NCBI GenBank assembly: GCA_964270895.1
Contig: OZ185447.1
From: Podarcis filfolensis
Taxonomy: Eukaryota
Length of the DNA stretch: 64,000 nucleotides
Reading direction: 5' to 3' (one strand)
This document shows positions 45,565 to 58,399 of the stretch, piece by piece. Under the pieces are notes generated by a model, which was not told where the DNA came from, made no database searches, and was given only the letters and a program-made list of their open reading frames with translations. The position numbers were made by a program, and so were the translations under genes. Numbering within the stretch: position 1 is the stretch's first letter; every line of letters starts with the position of its first letter.

Positions 45565-45870
45565 CATTGTAGTGGATGGTTGCTGATGGTCGTACCTCCT
45601 TTTCTGGCTTCTGGTTCACAAGGCACTGATAAGATTTTGTTTTAAGTTCTTCTGAATGGACTGTCAGCTGACTGGCACTGTAAAATCTGCTGCCTATTTT
45701 TTGCTGTGTTGCTGGGAACGTTTTTGCTTGACCGTTGCTGGGTTGCCACTCAATAGTTGCCAAATTTATCACATTTGCAGCAAGGAGGCAGGCGAATGTT
45801 ACATCTGCCTTGTTTTCGTCGGAATCACAGCAAGGCATCAGGGGGAACACCAAAGGAGTTTCATTTTGAT
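45565..45870 (-). CDS. IGHD: Ig delta Cdelta1 exon
   Basis: 306 nt phase 1; DQNETPLVFPLMPCCDSDENKADVTFACLL...IEW...SASQLTV...YQCLVNQ; first C exon after mu1 with no switch region in between. Confidence 0.92.
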
Positions 45871-46053
45871 CTATAGGAAAGCAAAAAGAGAGGGCAGGTA
45901 ATGGGGAATACGAAAAGACAGAAATAAATTTATGTTTACACTACAGAAGCTTTTACAAATCCCACAGTCTCCAATAGGGTTTTTTCCCTAATGTTGTTGT
46001 TGCTAGTAGTCATAGAGAAGTTTTCACATTCTTAGTTTTCAAAGCAGTCTAGC

Positions 46054-46549
46054 TGTCAGGGACTGGGCAGAGGAGGAATGGTGGAGACCGCCTCCCCATC
46101 CTGACCCTTCCAGGGAGGAGGAAGAGGAAGACAGTATAGATTTACAACAAGGGTTTGCAGGAGGTCACAGAGGCAGATGAGGGGGAAAGCTGGAAAATCA
46201 TGGGAGAGGATGAGCAGTCAGAGCCAGAGCAACACCTGGCTGACATGTTGTCATTAGAAAGCATTCCACACCCTCCATCTCCCAGAAACCAGCGGGCCTT
46301 AAAAGTAGGAGAGCAAAGAACTCGAAGACAGAGGGCACATAGTAGCACCTGTTGAAGTGATAAATGAGGAAGTGGGAGAGATGGGGGTTTGGGGTGGAGT
46401 TTCACTTGGGACAACGCCATTATCCAAGAGGCTGAGTTCTATAGCCTCTCTCTATGAAGATTGAAATAGAAAAGGACAGTAAGAAACTTTTCCTTGTCTT
46501 TATACTTTCTTGGGCAACCAGCTAGGAGCCACTGACAGCGTTCCTGACA
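46054..46549. mobile_element. Solo LTR
   Basis: TGTCAGG...CCTGACA inverted termini and 5-bp target-site duplication CTAGC on both sides. Confidence 0.8.
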
Positions 46550-46999
46550 CTAGCAACAAATCTTATTTTGCCCCATTTCTCAGTCATCATGTGATGCCGC
46601 TTCCATCCTCGTAATCCTCCTCAATCCTCATCTCATATATCACTATATTTCCTTTTGTCCAGAACCACAGCACATGGCTTGATTTCACCTGATTTTCAGC
46701 TAAGCATTACAGAGGTCACACAAAACATTACCTGGTGGAACAACAATCCATGTGGCAAGCAGCACATCAAAACCTTCCTCCGTTAGCTTCATTGCTCCTC
46801 TTCCCACTCAGTTCATAACAGAAATGGGGTTAATCTATGATCCTCCAGAAATTAGATCTGCCTCAGTTTACCAGAAAGCCATGCCCTAATGCTACAGAAC
46901 TCCAGTGTGTTGAAGACTACAAGACATTTCCAATATAGGACTTAGGGTTGTATTTCCTTTTTAAAAAATTATTATTATCCTTAGGCACCAACAGAACAC

Positions 47000-48020
47000 A
47001 AAAAAGCTATACATTTATGTCATTTATTACAAAGATACAAAATTAACAAAAAGAAAATAAACTCATATATTTTGACAATAAATCCTCTTTAAGTACCTCT
47101 AACTTCCTGTCCCCTCCATACTTAATTTCATATTTACTAACTTGTTGCATAAACCTGTCCGATCATTTTACAATAAAGTATTATTTCTCCTGTGTCCTTG
47201 TTTCTTAATACAGCTACAGACGTTATTCAAAGGCAGCGACCGAGTTCATACTAGCACAATTGTTCTTAAGATAAACTTTGAAAACGTCCCATTTTGCAAT
47301 AAATACTGGTTTTGAATTGTCTTTCATATTTTTGGTTAATTTAGCTAGCTCTGCATATTCAACTTATTTCTGTAACCATTCTGACCTGGAAGGGATTTTA
47401 TCACTTTTACAATCAGTCGCTATTAGAATTCTCGCAGTGTCAGTGGCATATAAAAATATTTCTCTTACATTCCTAGGAATGGCTGGTCCTGTAATTCCAA
47501 TTAAAAAGGCTTCTGGTTTTTTTTACAAACAAAACCCTGAACATTTTTTTGAGTTCTATATACAGTGGTACCTCGGGTTAAGTACTTAATTCGTTCCGGA
47601 GGTCCATTCTTAACCTGAAACTGTTCTTAACCTGAAGCACCACATTAGCTAATAGGACCTCCCGCTGTTGCTGCGCCTCTGGAGCCCAATTTCTGTTCTC
47701 ATCCTGAAGCAAAGTTCTTAACCTGAAGCACTATTTCTGGCTTAGCGGAGTCTGTAACCTGAAGCGTATGTAACCTGAAGCGTATGTAACCCGAGGTACC
47801 ACTGTAGAAGATTTTAATTTTTTTACATAGCCACCACATATGGAAGATTGTACCGATTCCTTCTTTACATCTCCAACAAGTACTAGATACATTTTTAAAT
47901 ACATTTTGGAGAGCTTCCATGGAGTCAGGTACCATCAGTATTGCATTTTTTGAAAGTTTTCCCTCAACATGTAACATGCCGTGAATTTCCAATTTACTTT
48001 CCATAAATTTTCCCACTCTT
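47000..48020 (-). mobile_element. Degraded L1/Tx1 ORF2 C-terminus, interrupted by a MITE
   Basis: CWRCKEGIGTIFHMWWLC cysteine-rich motif of L1-clade ORF2. Confidence 0.8.
47563..47804 (-). mobile_element. Tc1/mariner (Tigger-like) MITE
   Basis: Reverse-oriented copy of the 3377 family, TA duplication. Confidence 0.9.
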
Positions 48021-49463
48021 TCAGATCTATATTGTACCCAAAATCATGATTAAATGGGCCCAGGATTTAGGGTTGTATTTCTAGTATTCACGGGGAGCTG
48101 TCTATTAGGCCATTCCTCTCTGTCTCTTAGAGTCTGTTGGTTCATTCTACTGCCCTGCATGAATTGAGAGTGTACCCTAGAACAGAAGTGGGCAGAAGGT
48201 ACCCTAAATCTTGATGTACCGGCAGATCAGTGAGCAACTTGCAGCAGAATGGCAAAGATTTCTGACTCCCAATTGCATAAGAATAGCAGCAACAAAATAC
48301 GAATTATATTGTTGAAGGAAATAACACTTATAGAAACCTGAAAGTAGATTTTTGTGCGAAAGAACTATAAGCTCTGTTGAGTTCTTATATACAAAAGCAG
48401 TTCCTTGGTTCAGAGTTCTTTAATTCTGTATCTTTTGCATCATGCTCTGGTTACTGCATCTCAGGGTCCTAGTGATAATAAGGTAGATCCCACAAGCTTA
48501 ATATCCACCCACGTATACTCCAGAAAACACGCACTAGTTCTCTGCTTCTACCCATTCCAGATAAACTGCATTTAAGGAGAGTATGCGCACTATTGTTGAT
48601 CTACTGATTGCAACCCCTCTGATGAGTCTCTGAGGAGCCCCACAGATTTTAGGAAGCCCACATCAAAGCTACTATTTAAATAAATAATTAAGATTATTTA
48701 TAGAGTGTGACTGTGGACTGAATTTTGGCAGGAAGAAAACTGGACACATCCCTGTGTCCCACAGATGTCACATGCTTTATGTAGCAAAAATCCCTTTTCC
48801 TAAAGGGAAGGCCATGCAATTCAAGAGGAGTACACAAACCCATAGCAGCTGTTTCAAGGCCCCACAATCCAGCTTTACAGACTTGGTACGCATACCCCTA
48901 AACATTTTGTGAATCTAAGTTTGGCCTCATTGAGGGGCAGTATTTCAATATGAGTAGGAAAACGAGAGTACCCCTAAACATTTTTAAAGAAAAAAGCACT
49001 GGCTGCCCCCCCAAAGTAACTCTTGCACCCGTTTGACTCCAGATTTCTCATGCTGTTCCCCCTCCCCCTCCTCCTCTGCCCCACTCATTTTCCCAGGGTC
49101 TGGCTGAGTTGTTGGGGTTTTCCTGCATGTGTGTTTTAATGGAGCTGTTCAAATATTGCCCTCCCTTCTAATCTACCCCTCCTTTCTTGGTGTGCCCATC
49201 CCCCCCCCTTTGCCCTTGACGAAAGGAAGGTTCTGTGGCAGGGGCTGGTTGTGACCACATGAGTACTACTAGACGTTTTTCAAAGTTCCTTCTCTTTCCC
49301 TGCCCCACTCTTTTGCTTTACCTGGGTCTTGTGAGAGAAGGAAGCAGGGTGGAGGGAGAAAGAAGGAGGCAAAGGCTCGCTTTGCTTAGCTGAGAGGTGT
49401 TTGTGGTCAGCTGGGCAGTGATCAAAGGTAAACAAGAAAGAGACAATGTTGGAGCCAGAGGGA

Positions 49464-50175
49464 GGAAGGAAGAGACAGAGAAAAGGAAGGAAGGGAAGAG
49501 GAAAGAGAGTGGGTGAGATGAATCTAATTGTTCTTCTTGGGACATCTTGCTGGCACGGGTGTGGAAGAAGAAGAAGAGCTTGGATTTGATATCCCGCTTT
49601 ATCACTACCCAAAAGAGTCTCAAAGCAGCTAACATTCTCCTTTTCCTTCCTCCCCCACAACAAACACTCTGTGAGGTGAGTGGGGCTGAGAGACTTCAGA
49701 CAAGTGTGACTATCCCAAGGTCACCCAGCAGCTGCATGTGGAGGAGCGGAGACGTGAACCCGGTTCACCAGATTACGAGTCTACCGCTCTTAACCACTAC
49801 ACCACACTGACTATATAATGAGCTATAGTGTAGTGAGAGCCAGTGTGGTGTAGTGATTAAGAGCGGTAGACTCGTAATCTGGTGAACCGGGTTCACGTCT
49901 CCGCTCCTCCACATGCAGCTGCTGGGTGACCTTGGGATAGTCAGCCCAGCCCCACTCACCTCACAGAGTGTTTGTTGTGGGGGAGGAAGGGAAAGGAGAA
50001 TGTTAGCTGCTTTGAGACTCTTTTGGGTAGTGAGTGATAAAGCGGGATATCAAATCCAAGCTCTTCTTCTTCTTCCACACCCGCGCCAGCAAGATGTCCC
50101 AAGAAGAACAATTAGATTCATCTCACCCACTCTCTTTCCTCTTCCCTTCCTTCCTTTCCTCTGTCTCTTCCTTCC
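49464..50175. repeat. Near-perfect inverted duplication (palindrome) containing a tRNA-derived SINE in each arm
   Basis: Arms 49464-49811 and 49839-50175 are reverse complements apart from a few substitutions and one short deletion; 27-bp spacer. Confidence 0.93.
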
Positions 50176-51184
50176 AAACGCAAATCCAAACTCTTCTAAC
50201 CACCTCTAGGAATCGGCTCCTTACGTACTGCAAGATGGGGACTGGGTCAACATAACTTGTCAGCCCATGACTGACAGGTCCACCGCACAGACCTACAACT
50301 TCACTTTCATGGCTCCTCTATTCAAAATGGAACCCTCACCAAATTAAAAAAAAAGCCATCCCCAAGAGTGGCTAAGATGACAAAAAGGTCCTTTGGCTTC
50401 CCACCCTGCAAGGTCTACCATTTCTCGTTTCCTTTGCCTTTCAACAGCATCTCCACATTCTATTGCTTTCCACCCTAAACATAGTTTCATAGTGACTAAG
50501 GAGTCTCCCTCTAAAGTAGAGCACTAACAACCTTCCAATATCTAATGTGGGAAGCACACCTGCCATCTTGAAATCTAGTTAGCTCTTTCAAAATAATTTC
50601 ATCAATAAACTATCTCTTACTGCCTCTGATTGAAATAGTGTCTTGGGATTCCATCATAATTACATCATAATTATAGGTAGCAACTACAGCAACAGTAATA
50701 ATTTTCAAGCAAGACGCTGTGTCAGTGAAGAATATATCTTTATTGCAGTATTACATAGCAATCATGATACAAATGAGAAACATTCTAGTCGGTACATATT
50801 GTGCAATGATTCCTTGTCTGTTGAAAGTTAAAAGTGCAAAAAAAGAAAAAGAAAAAAAAGAAAGTTAAAAGTGCAATATTCACATACAACTATGTATACA
50901 ACTATAGCTGAAATAAAACATGACTACCAAAGAGATGCTGGAAAACACACATATACACTCAGAAAAGTGAAGCAAAATTGCACCATAGCTCTAAAATGTA
51001 AACAGTGGGTCTAAATCTAGTTCAAGCCAATGAGTATCCTGAGATCATGATGCAAAGCAAGATGGAAAGGCTTGCATCCTTCCTTCTTCTCCAAAAGTGG
51101 ACAAAGAAGTCAAGTCCTTTATTACTGGTATGTTGCTGGTGGATAGAGAAGTCACTGTCCATTGCCAGAAGACCCTTCACGCTG

Positions 51185-51193
51185 CTATTTCAC
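51185..51193 (-). CDS. IGHM: Ig mu1 membrane exon M2 (VK*)
   Basis: ttcttctttcccaattccAG|GTG AAA TAG gives the K-V-K cytoplasmic tail; same context before mu2 M2. Confidence 0.9.
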   Translation of the reverse strand: MK

Positions 51194-51680
51194 CTGGAAT
51201 TGGGAAAGAAGAACTAATTTCGCTACTGAAGAAGTGCATCATGCAAGGACCTACCCTTTTGCAGCCTCTCATCCTGTGTAATGTGGACTACCCCCAACCC
51301 CTACCCCTGATGTCAGAGAATGCTGGGCTCATGAAATAAAGGGTGAGAGGAAAGAGCAATAGTGGGAGTGGGGGAGATGGGGAAGAAGCTGAGATGTAGT
51401 GGAGAAGAGCAGCTGAGGAATGAAGGTTGGGAGAGAAGCCATGGTGGAAGAGAACGGAGAGGGAAGTGGACAGGCAACAAAGTAGAGAACAAGTGAGCAC
51501 CAGCTACTGACTGAAGTTTGACTTGCCAAATGGTTTCACAAAATGGCGCCTGTCCTTGGAGCTTGTTCTGGCCTGCTCTTGTGAAGCCTGCTGGCCCTCT
51601 TGCCCTCCCAGTTCCACTTAGTATAAGAGAATGGCTATCGCCTGTTTCACTTTAGTACACTGCCTTCCATTTGTTTTTAC

Positions 51681-51796
51681 CTTTATGACGGTCACAGTGG
51701 CACTGTAGAACAGGCTCACGAGAAAAAGGATGATGAAAGTGGAAAGGATGGATGAGATGTTTTGGAACTCCTCATCGTCGACGTCCACGATCCCAT
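51681..51796 (-). CDS. IGHM: Ig mu1 membrane exon M1
   Basis: DGIVDVDDEEFQNISSILSTFIILFLVSLFYSATVTVIK; CART-type TM motif; AG/GTAAAA boundaries, 116 nt. Confidence 0.96.
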
Positions 51797-52890
51797 CTAG
51801 GTAAACTTTGGACAATACATGGAGGTCAGCACTTTCTGGATGGTGATTTCTTATTGCAGCTAAATGACACAGAGAGCAAGAGAATGTTGCACAAACAAGG
51901 TGAGGGCTGAGGACCTTGGGGGGAAATGGGAAAGAGATGATTTGGGAGGCAGCAAAGTTCTGTTTTTAGGTAGTGATTTTCAAGCAAGTGACAAATCATT
52001 GCTTAGTGGTGCCTCAGGCACACCAGAATTCTGCACTTGTGGTATGAATGAGGGGTGCAAATTAAAGATCTACCTACATATCTATCTATGTAAATTCACA
52101 GGAATGAAGGTTGCAGGTGATTGCATGCTGCTATGGGGGGCAAAATGGCAAAGCAACTAAAGTGAGCTCCTGCCCAAAGAGTTGAATTCATGCTTCTTGG
52201 AGCCATCGATTTTTTTTAAAATGAGATCTGCATAGAAATACCTACTTAATGAATGGGGAATGAGCTGTCACAAACTAACCCTGTTAAGCCCTCATGAATT
52301 TGATAATAACTTTCCTCCTGGTCCTGATGTTTTTGTGAAGTCCTTGGAAGGACTGCATTCCAACTTGCAAAAACCGCCTGTTACAATACAGCTATTTATT
52401 ACAGAGCCATAATATGATGCAATCTAATTTTTGGAATTGATTTTGCAAAATCCACTCTGCAATGAAGGGAAGAGAAGATATCTCATTTTGGGGATATCCC
52501 TGTGCGGGAGTTTATGTCTCATTCATTACTTTTATGTGTCACTCATTAGATGATTGTTTTCTACAATTATTGTGAGTTATTTTAGCATTTTATTTTATTT
52601 TTCACCTTCCAGGCACACACACAGCTTAGACTGAGGCCCCACCCTGGCAGCAGTATTTTAGCATTTCATGTAGCAGTTCTAAGCCTACAAAGGACTTTAC
52701 AATTAGTATCTCATTTATTATCACAACTCTGGGTCAGTCATGATGTGAGATAAAGTGGTTTGCCCAAAGATGCCCAATGAGATTGGGGCTGAGGACTAAA
52801 CTTAGATCTTCTGGGCTTAAAGTATAGCAGTCTATCATCCCACCATACCAGCTTGTCATATTTTATGTGTATTCACACATGAATGTCCAC

Positions 52891-52929
<39 letters not shown>

Positions 52930-53039
52930 CGCGCGCACCAAGATCATTTTATTTTATGGATTTCCTTTGGATTCACCCCTGGTTACAAACACATGTAATG
53001 CAAACAGTGGTTGATTATATGTCATCTAAATCTTGGTTA

Positions 53040-53715
53040 ATTGGAGAGAGGTGGTAAAAATGGTATTACACACCTGTAAGGTTATATCATATTACAAAAT
53101 CTAGAAGTAACAATTGTTGGAGGAAATGTGGAGTGATGGGAACGTACAGATATGTGGTGGGATTGTAGTTAATGAATTCTGGAAACAGATTGGTATAGAA
53201 ATATCGGGAATTGTGGATAGGAAGGTGGAAATATCTAAATTAATCGTTCTTATTAGTCTCAGTAGCACCAAGTTAGAAACAAAAGAGGAATGTAAATGGG
53301 TAAAATTGATGATAATTGGAGCCAAACAGGTTATAGCGAGTAATTGGAAAAATGCAGAAGGACTAGGGGTGAACCAATGGAGGGAAAATTGAAAAATATT
53401 TTAATCTTAGAATATCTAACTGTGAAGATACATAAAATGAAAGGGTTTAAGGTCAATGAGGAGGAGGAGGATTGGTTTGAGAAAATATTGAATTATTTGG
53501 GCAGGTTTGAACAACTTAGGGCAATTAAAATGTTAAAAGTTAAATAAACCTTGTGGAGGGAGGAGTGTTAAGTTAAATAAAATTGTAAATATAGCTGATT
53601 TGAATATGTTATCATTGATTATGTATATCCAGTGTATCAGCTGCCTGGGGGGTTTCACTGTTTGTTTTCACTGTTTGTGTTTTGGTTGTTGGTAAAAATA
53701 AAATAAAAAAATAAA
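53040..53715 (+). mobile_element. L1/Tx1 3' fragment in mu1 CH4-M1 intron
   Basis: Frameshifted CWRKCG..GT...WWDC motif, KLMIIGAKQVIASNWK, A-rich tail. Confidence 0.75.
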
Positions 53716-55685
53716 ATTGGAGAGTGTTGACTACTTATACCAAATACGAAAGGAAATTGAGTATAAATATAACCCATTCATTGAGCCTCCCCAATGTGGT
53801 AACTGGGTTGCAACTCAACAATACAAAAGGTGGAAGACCCTCCACTCTGCTGTGGAATGGCTCAAGAATGGGATTTTGGCTCAACCTTATTCCACAGCTT
53901 GCCATTGCTAGAAAGGAATGGGAAACAGTATGGATGGTAAAGGGTGACTTCTGCATCCTGGTGCCTGTTGGTCTTCATTTAATGGAACATGAATGAGGCA
54001 ACTGAAGATGTGCTTGTCTTTGTCATAGACAAGCATTCCTCCCCATGGGGTTGAGAGAGAAGGAAGAATATATCGTGTAAGGATGACTTATTCCTTCAAA
54101 TGGGGAACTTGTTTCTGTCCTCATTCTCCCCCTAGCTCCCGCTAGCCAAAAATCAATGGCAGAGGATGCTTCCAGGGTCCTTAATCTAAATGAGGTGTAA
54201 CTGCCGCCCAATGGCCATCAGTATGGGAGGGAAGCTTTTAGAATAGGATGCAGAGATTCAAGAGAAGCAGCACTTCTGTGTCCCTCCCATCATTTATTTG
54301 ATCCTGTAAGTGATTGCTGCTCTCCATATTGATGGCAGAAGATTTGAACTGGCCAAAGAGATTGTCGTCCACAGATGCATATCTGTGTCAACAGTTTCAA
54401 CGTAGCATTCTCCCTCAAAAACGAATGATTATGAAAATACTACTTTGTAGTAATGGACAAGATTACTATTTATGTCACAAGAGCTCTAGATTCTTTCATC
54501 AGCAAGAGTCTTGATGAATTAAGTGATTTATGAACTTTTTATTTAATGCTCTGTATCTAAAGTTATAGATTAACTGTGGAACTTTGTTGCTAGATATGCA
54601 CCCAAGTGTCTTCAAGAGAACCCCTCAATGTCATCCATTGACATGTGGGAGACTACCTTGGTGGTGGTGGTTGCGATCATTATCATCATTGATGTAAGGT
54701 ATTGGCTATTTGCTACTTGATAAACTTGTACTGTGGGGAACCCAAATGGAAGCAATGCCTTGCTATCACCCAGTCACATGATATTTATATGTACACGTTT
54801 TGCTATTGCCTTCAGCCTTTTGTTTTAAATTCTCAGTCAAAAATCAAGATAAACTGAATCGGCTTCCGCAAACCGACTGAACTTAAGTCCACAACATGTT
54901 GTGCATTATATGTGTAGCCTCAGATATTCATATATTTTGCACCAGTATGTCAATATTAAAATGACTGATCTCATCAAATACCTTGCGCGTGTGTGTTTCA
55001 AATGCTCTCTGAAATCACTCTTAGTGACTTCTTCACCAAGTATCAAGTGTGGATATAGGTGGTTGCTTGTGAACGCCCAGTGAATGATGCATCCCCTTGC
55101 TCATATCATTTTTTTAAAAAATAGTTGTACAGGGCAACCCCTGCATGTACAGAGTGTTTTTCTTCTGTTTTTAAGATGCCAGGGGGAGGCTGAGTTGAGA
55201 ATGACTCTAAATTACACAATGTTGGAGCTGGGAAATCAATGTCATTAGATATAAGAATAGGGGGCACCTAACTTTCTTAACCTGCTATTTTCCACCCCAG
55301 ATGTAGGGATAGAACAATTTAGAAGAAGGAGTTGTTGGGATGTTTATTTTAATAGGGAGATGAAGAGATGGAATAAAAATCTAGGGGATCAAAGATCAGT
55401 GGCAGGGGTTTGGGAGGGAAAGTACGATTGCAATGTCAGTACTTGCAGTGCAAACTCTCACATTTCATTCAACTTCTGACAATCTCATGCTTACAGCATC
55501 CACATAATAGCTAAAATGGTTGCTGTGGGTGGAATTTCCAGAGAAGCTTTATTTCCCATTGTATTCAAATGGGAGTTAGGTGTCTCATTCCATGCTTGCG
55601 CAACTGAAGGTTAATATTAACGGTCATATCAACATTTCCCACAAGAAGCCAGGTTTTCTTTCATTGTTTGAAAAAAAATCAATTC

Positions 55686-55705
55686 TTTATTGCAAACTAT
55701 TTATT
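55686..55705 (-). terminator. Poly(A) signals of secreted mu1 mRNA
   Basis: Two AATAAA on minus strand (55700-55705, 55686-55691) about 180 nt after the tailpiece stop; similarly placed pair after mu2. Confidence 0.7.
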
Positions 55706-55881
55706 TCTTCCAAAAGATGTGGTCAGTTAACGTTTTAACATTTGAGACACATCTTTCCTTAGAATCAAACCCCGATTTTCAACTGAAGAATCAATAATGA
55801 AGCAGGAAGAGACACAAGGAGGAAACAGATTCTGGTGGTAATGGGAGCATGGAGGATGCATGAGAGAAACTATCATGGTGT

Positions 55882-56276
55882 TTAGTTGCAAGTTGTGGCC
55901 GTATCGGAGAGCACTAAGGAGACGTTGACAACAGTTGGTTTACCCGTGTTCTTGTCCACGGTCTTCTGAGTGCTGTTCATGGGCAGTGCCTCATGTCCCA
56001 CGACACAAGTGTAACGATCTCCATGACTCCAGTCACTTTCACTGATGTACAATATGCTATAGACGAAGAACTTTCCTTGTGTCTTGGGCTCTTCTTTGGG
56101 TTCACTGACATAGAAATCTGCAGAATTCACTGGCTGATCATTGTGGAGCCACTGCAGAAAGATACCTTTGGGGGAGAAACCTTTCACTAGGCAAGTGAGG
56201 GTGGCTGTTTCTCGCAGAGCTAGTTCTTCTGAGGTAGGGGGAAGGACATAGACGGCTGGGCTAGATAGGGGGCCAT
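55882..56276 (-). CDS. IGHM: Ig mu1 CH4 exon plus secretory tailpiece
   Basis: DGPLSSPAVYVLPP...TCLVKGFSP...YTCVVGHEALP...KNTGKPTVVNVSLVLSDTATTCN*; internal donor G|GTAAA at 55944 for the membrane form; NVS sequon and penultimate Cys. Confidence 0.97.
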
Positions 56277-57047
56277 CTGGAAAGTGAAAAAAGAAGAAAA
56301 GGAATGAAGAGACAATCAAATGTGCATTCCTTATCATTTTTACCCACAATTCATTTTGTTTCATGAGACCTGACTTAACCTTTGGCCTCTCGGATATATA
56401 GGCTTGGCTGTTTTGAGAGAGACAGGGCACTTTAAGAACCAGAGTGAAGCCTTTCAAAAAGGGAACTGGGCAAGTCAGATTGGCGAGGCAGCAAAATGGA
56501 TCAAGTCCTAGTTTTGATGCAACAGCCGTTTATGGACCAGAAATGGACCTAGTTTTTACTGAACAGTTGGATCACATGGTTCTCCCTAAAGGATAGGAGG
56601 CAATGCTAAGAAGATTGACACTGCTGATACTAGAGTAGGACACCTTGCACTAGAGCAAGGCGAGAATACAGCTTCCATCTGACAGCAGAGGAGTGTGGAC
56701 TGAAGTTCGCTACGTGGCCTTCATCAAGTCGTAGTCACTCAGGTTGGCCTAGTTCAATGGTTCATAACGGTAAGAGTTCCAAAAGCAGCTGTCAAAATAA
56801 TAAGTAAGGAAAGTGTCCACTGGGATACCCTTATAGGAGCTCATAGGCTCCAGCAGCTACTGAAGTAAGGGCATCATTGAATACGCTGAAGGAGTTTTTT
56901 TGAAGACCGCTGACTTTCTACCAAATTTCTCTTCAGGTGGCAACTATTCTGAGGGTGGATGAGGAGCCTGACAGATCTAGGGATCTGTGAAAACAAACAA
57001 CGCTAATGTGTAGTCTTTCCATGGGATGAAGTAAAACAGGTACCTAC

Positions 57048-57389
57048 CATTAAACTTTTTCAAAGTTTTGTCGATAGGTTCAGGAAGTAAGCCTGGGAAA
57101 TTAACTTTGCACGTGAACGTTTCATCGCTGTCCCACTCTGTGGCACACACGGTGGCTGTAGCATCAATGTAAGCAAGCCCGTTAGCCTGATCTTCTGGCT
57201 TTCCAAGTTCGGTCTTCAGTAGTGTTTGGTCAGATTCTTTTGTCCAGGTAACATTCAGTGCCGAAAGATCCTGTTCAAGGGGTACGTTTGAAATTCTGCA
57301 GGTCAGCTTGGCTAACTTGGTCTGGAAGATGTCAGCGAAGGATGGTGGGATTGCTTCCACACGGACATCCTCGTTACAAGAAATGTCAC
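57048..57389 (-). CDS. IGHM: Ig mu1 CH3 exon
   Basis: 342 nt; GDISCNEDVRVEAIPPSFADIFQTKLAKLTCRISN...NVTW...ATVCATEWDSDETFTC; PPSFADIF...AKLTC motif and the extra TVC cysteine typical of Cmu3. Confidence 0.96.
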
Positions 57390-58069
57390 CTGAAGAATGA
57401 CATGAGATAAGTGAGAACAAGGTTTGGTTCCACAGTAATTAAGACAACAGAACACACCAGTGTTCCATACACTGTTGGCAATCAATGCTTTAAACACCCA
57501 ACTTACTTCAAAGTCTCCTTCCTCATGCCCAAATCAGATTCTCTTAACCTTTGCTGAATACTGGCTATATATAATGTGTGGCTTGACCCTAAGATCAACT
57601 GGGAATTTCCTCTCACTACCTGTGTACTATGTTCTGCAGGAAAGAACTTGTAGAAATGAGCTCTTGTGTGTTCCACAAGATGGACTTCATTACTTTGGAG
57701 ACCCACCAAAGCTGATAATCTTTTGAGAAAAGCTACAGGATAGGGCTTTCAGAATTATGGCACGACCCTTTTAAATAGCAAATTTGAGCTAGGAGATTTT
57801 ACATTTGTAGAACAATATCAACATGGGTCTTTAGCATAGAGGAGAATATTTCATACATTGATATCAGAATATGGATGAACTGAGATCTCACCCAACATTG
57901 AAATTATTGTTTTTCTCCTCTCCTAATCATTCTGGGTGTATGCTGAAGGATATAGGTTTTTTGTTTTGTTTTTAAAATAGGGTTGCATTGAGCAGTGGAA
58001 CTGGGACTGGAGATAGATTATTCTTATTCTGAATGGTCAGATTTCTCATAAAAGAACAGTGAAGCTCAC

Positions 58070-58399
58070 CTTGACAAAAAGAGTTCTTGTTGATCTTGAG
58101 TGTGTCATTGAAGTCCTTGCCATTCACCACACAAGAGAAGGTAATGTCACTGAGCCAGTCTCTCTTGGTGACTATGAGTTCACTCTTTATGCTGTAACCA
58201 CTGCCCTCTCGGATTGGCTGGGTGGTGGTGAAGCCAGAGTCAAGTACCTGTCCCTTCTTCAGCCACTGAAGTGTGTACTTGCTGGAGGGAAGGTTAACTA
58301 CGCTGCAGGTGATGGTGGCATTCAGGTAACTGCCAAAAAAGGCTTGAATGGGTGGTGCACGTACAGACATCTCAGGTATTAGCGGTTCATCTGGCGTTT
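58070..58399 (-). CDS. IGHM: Ig mu1 CH2 exon
   Basis: AG/GTGAGC boundaries, 330 nt; ETPDEPLIPEMSVRAPP...NATITCSVVNL...QWLKKG...DWLSDITFSCVVN...NSFCQ. Confidence 0.95.

Noticed and set aside
46000-51100. Switch region for delta
   Set aside because: No AGCT enrichment or repeat structure; delta is more plausibly expressed by alternative splicing.
51118-51123. AATAAA as the mu1 membrane poly(A) signal, lost in mu2
   Set aside because: Other candidates exist (e.g. 50739-50744); the site used cannot be determined from sequence.
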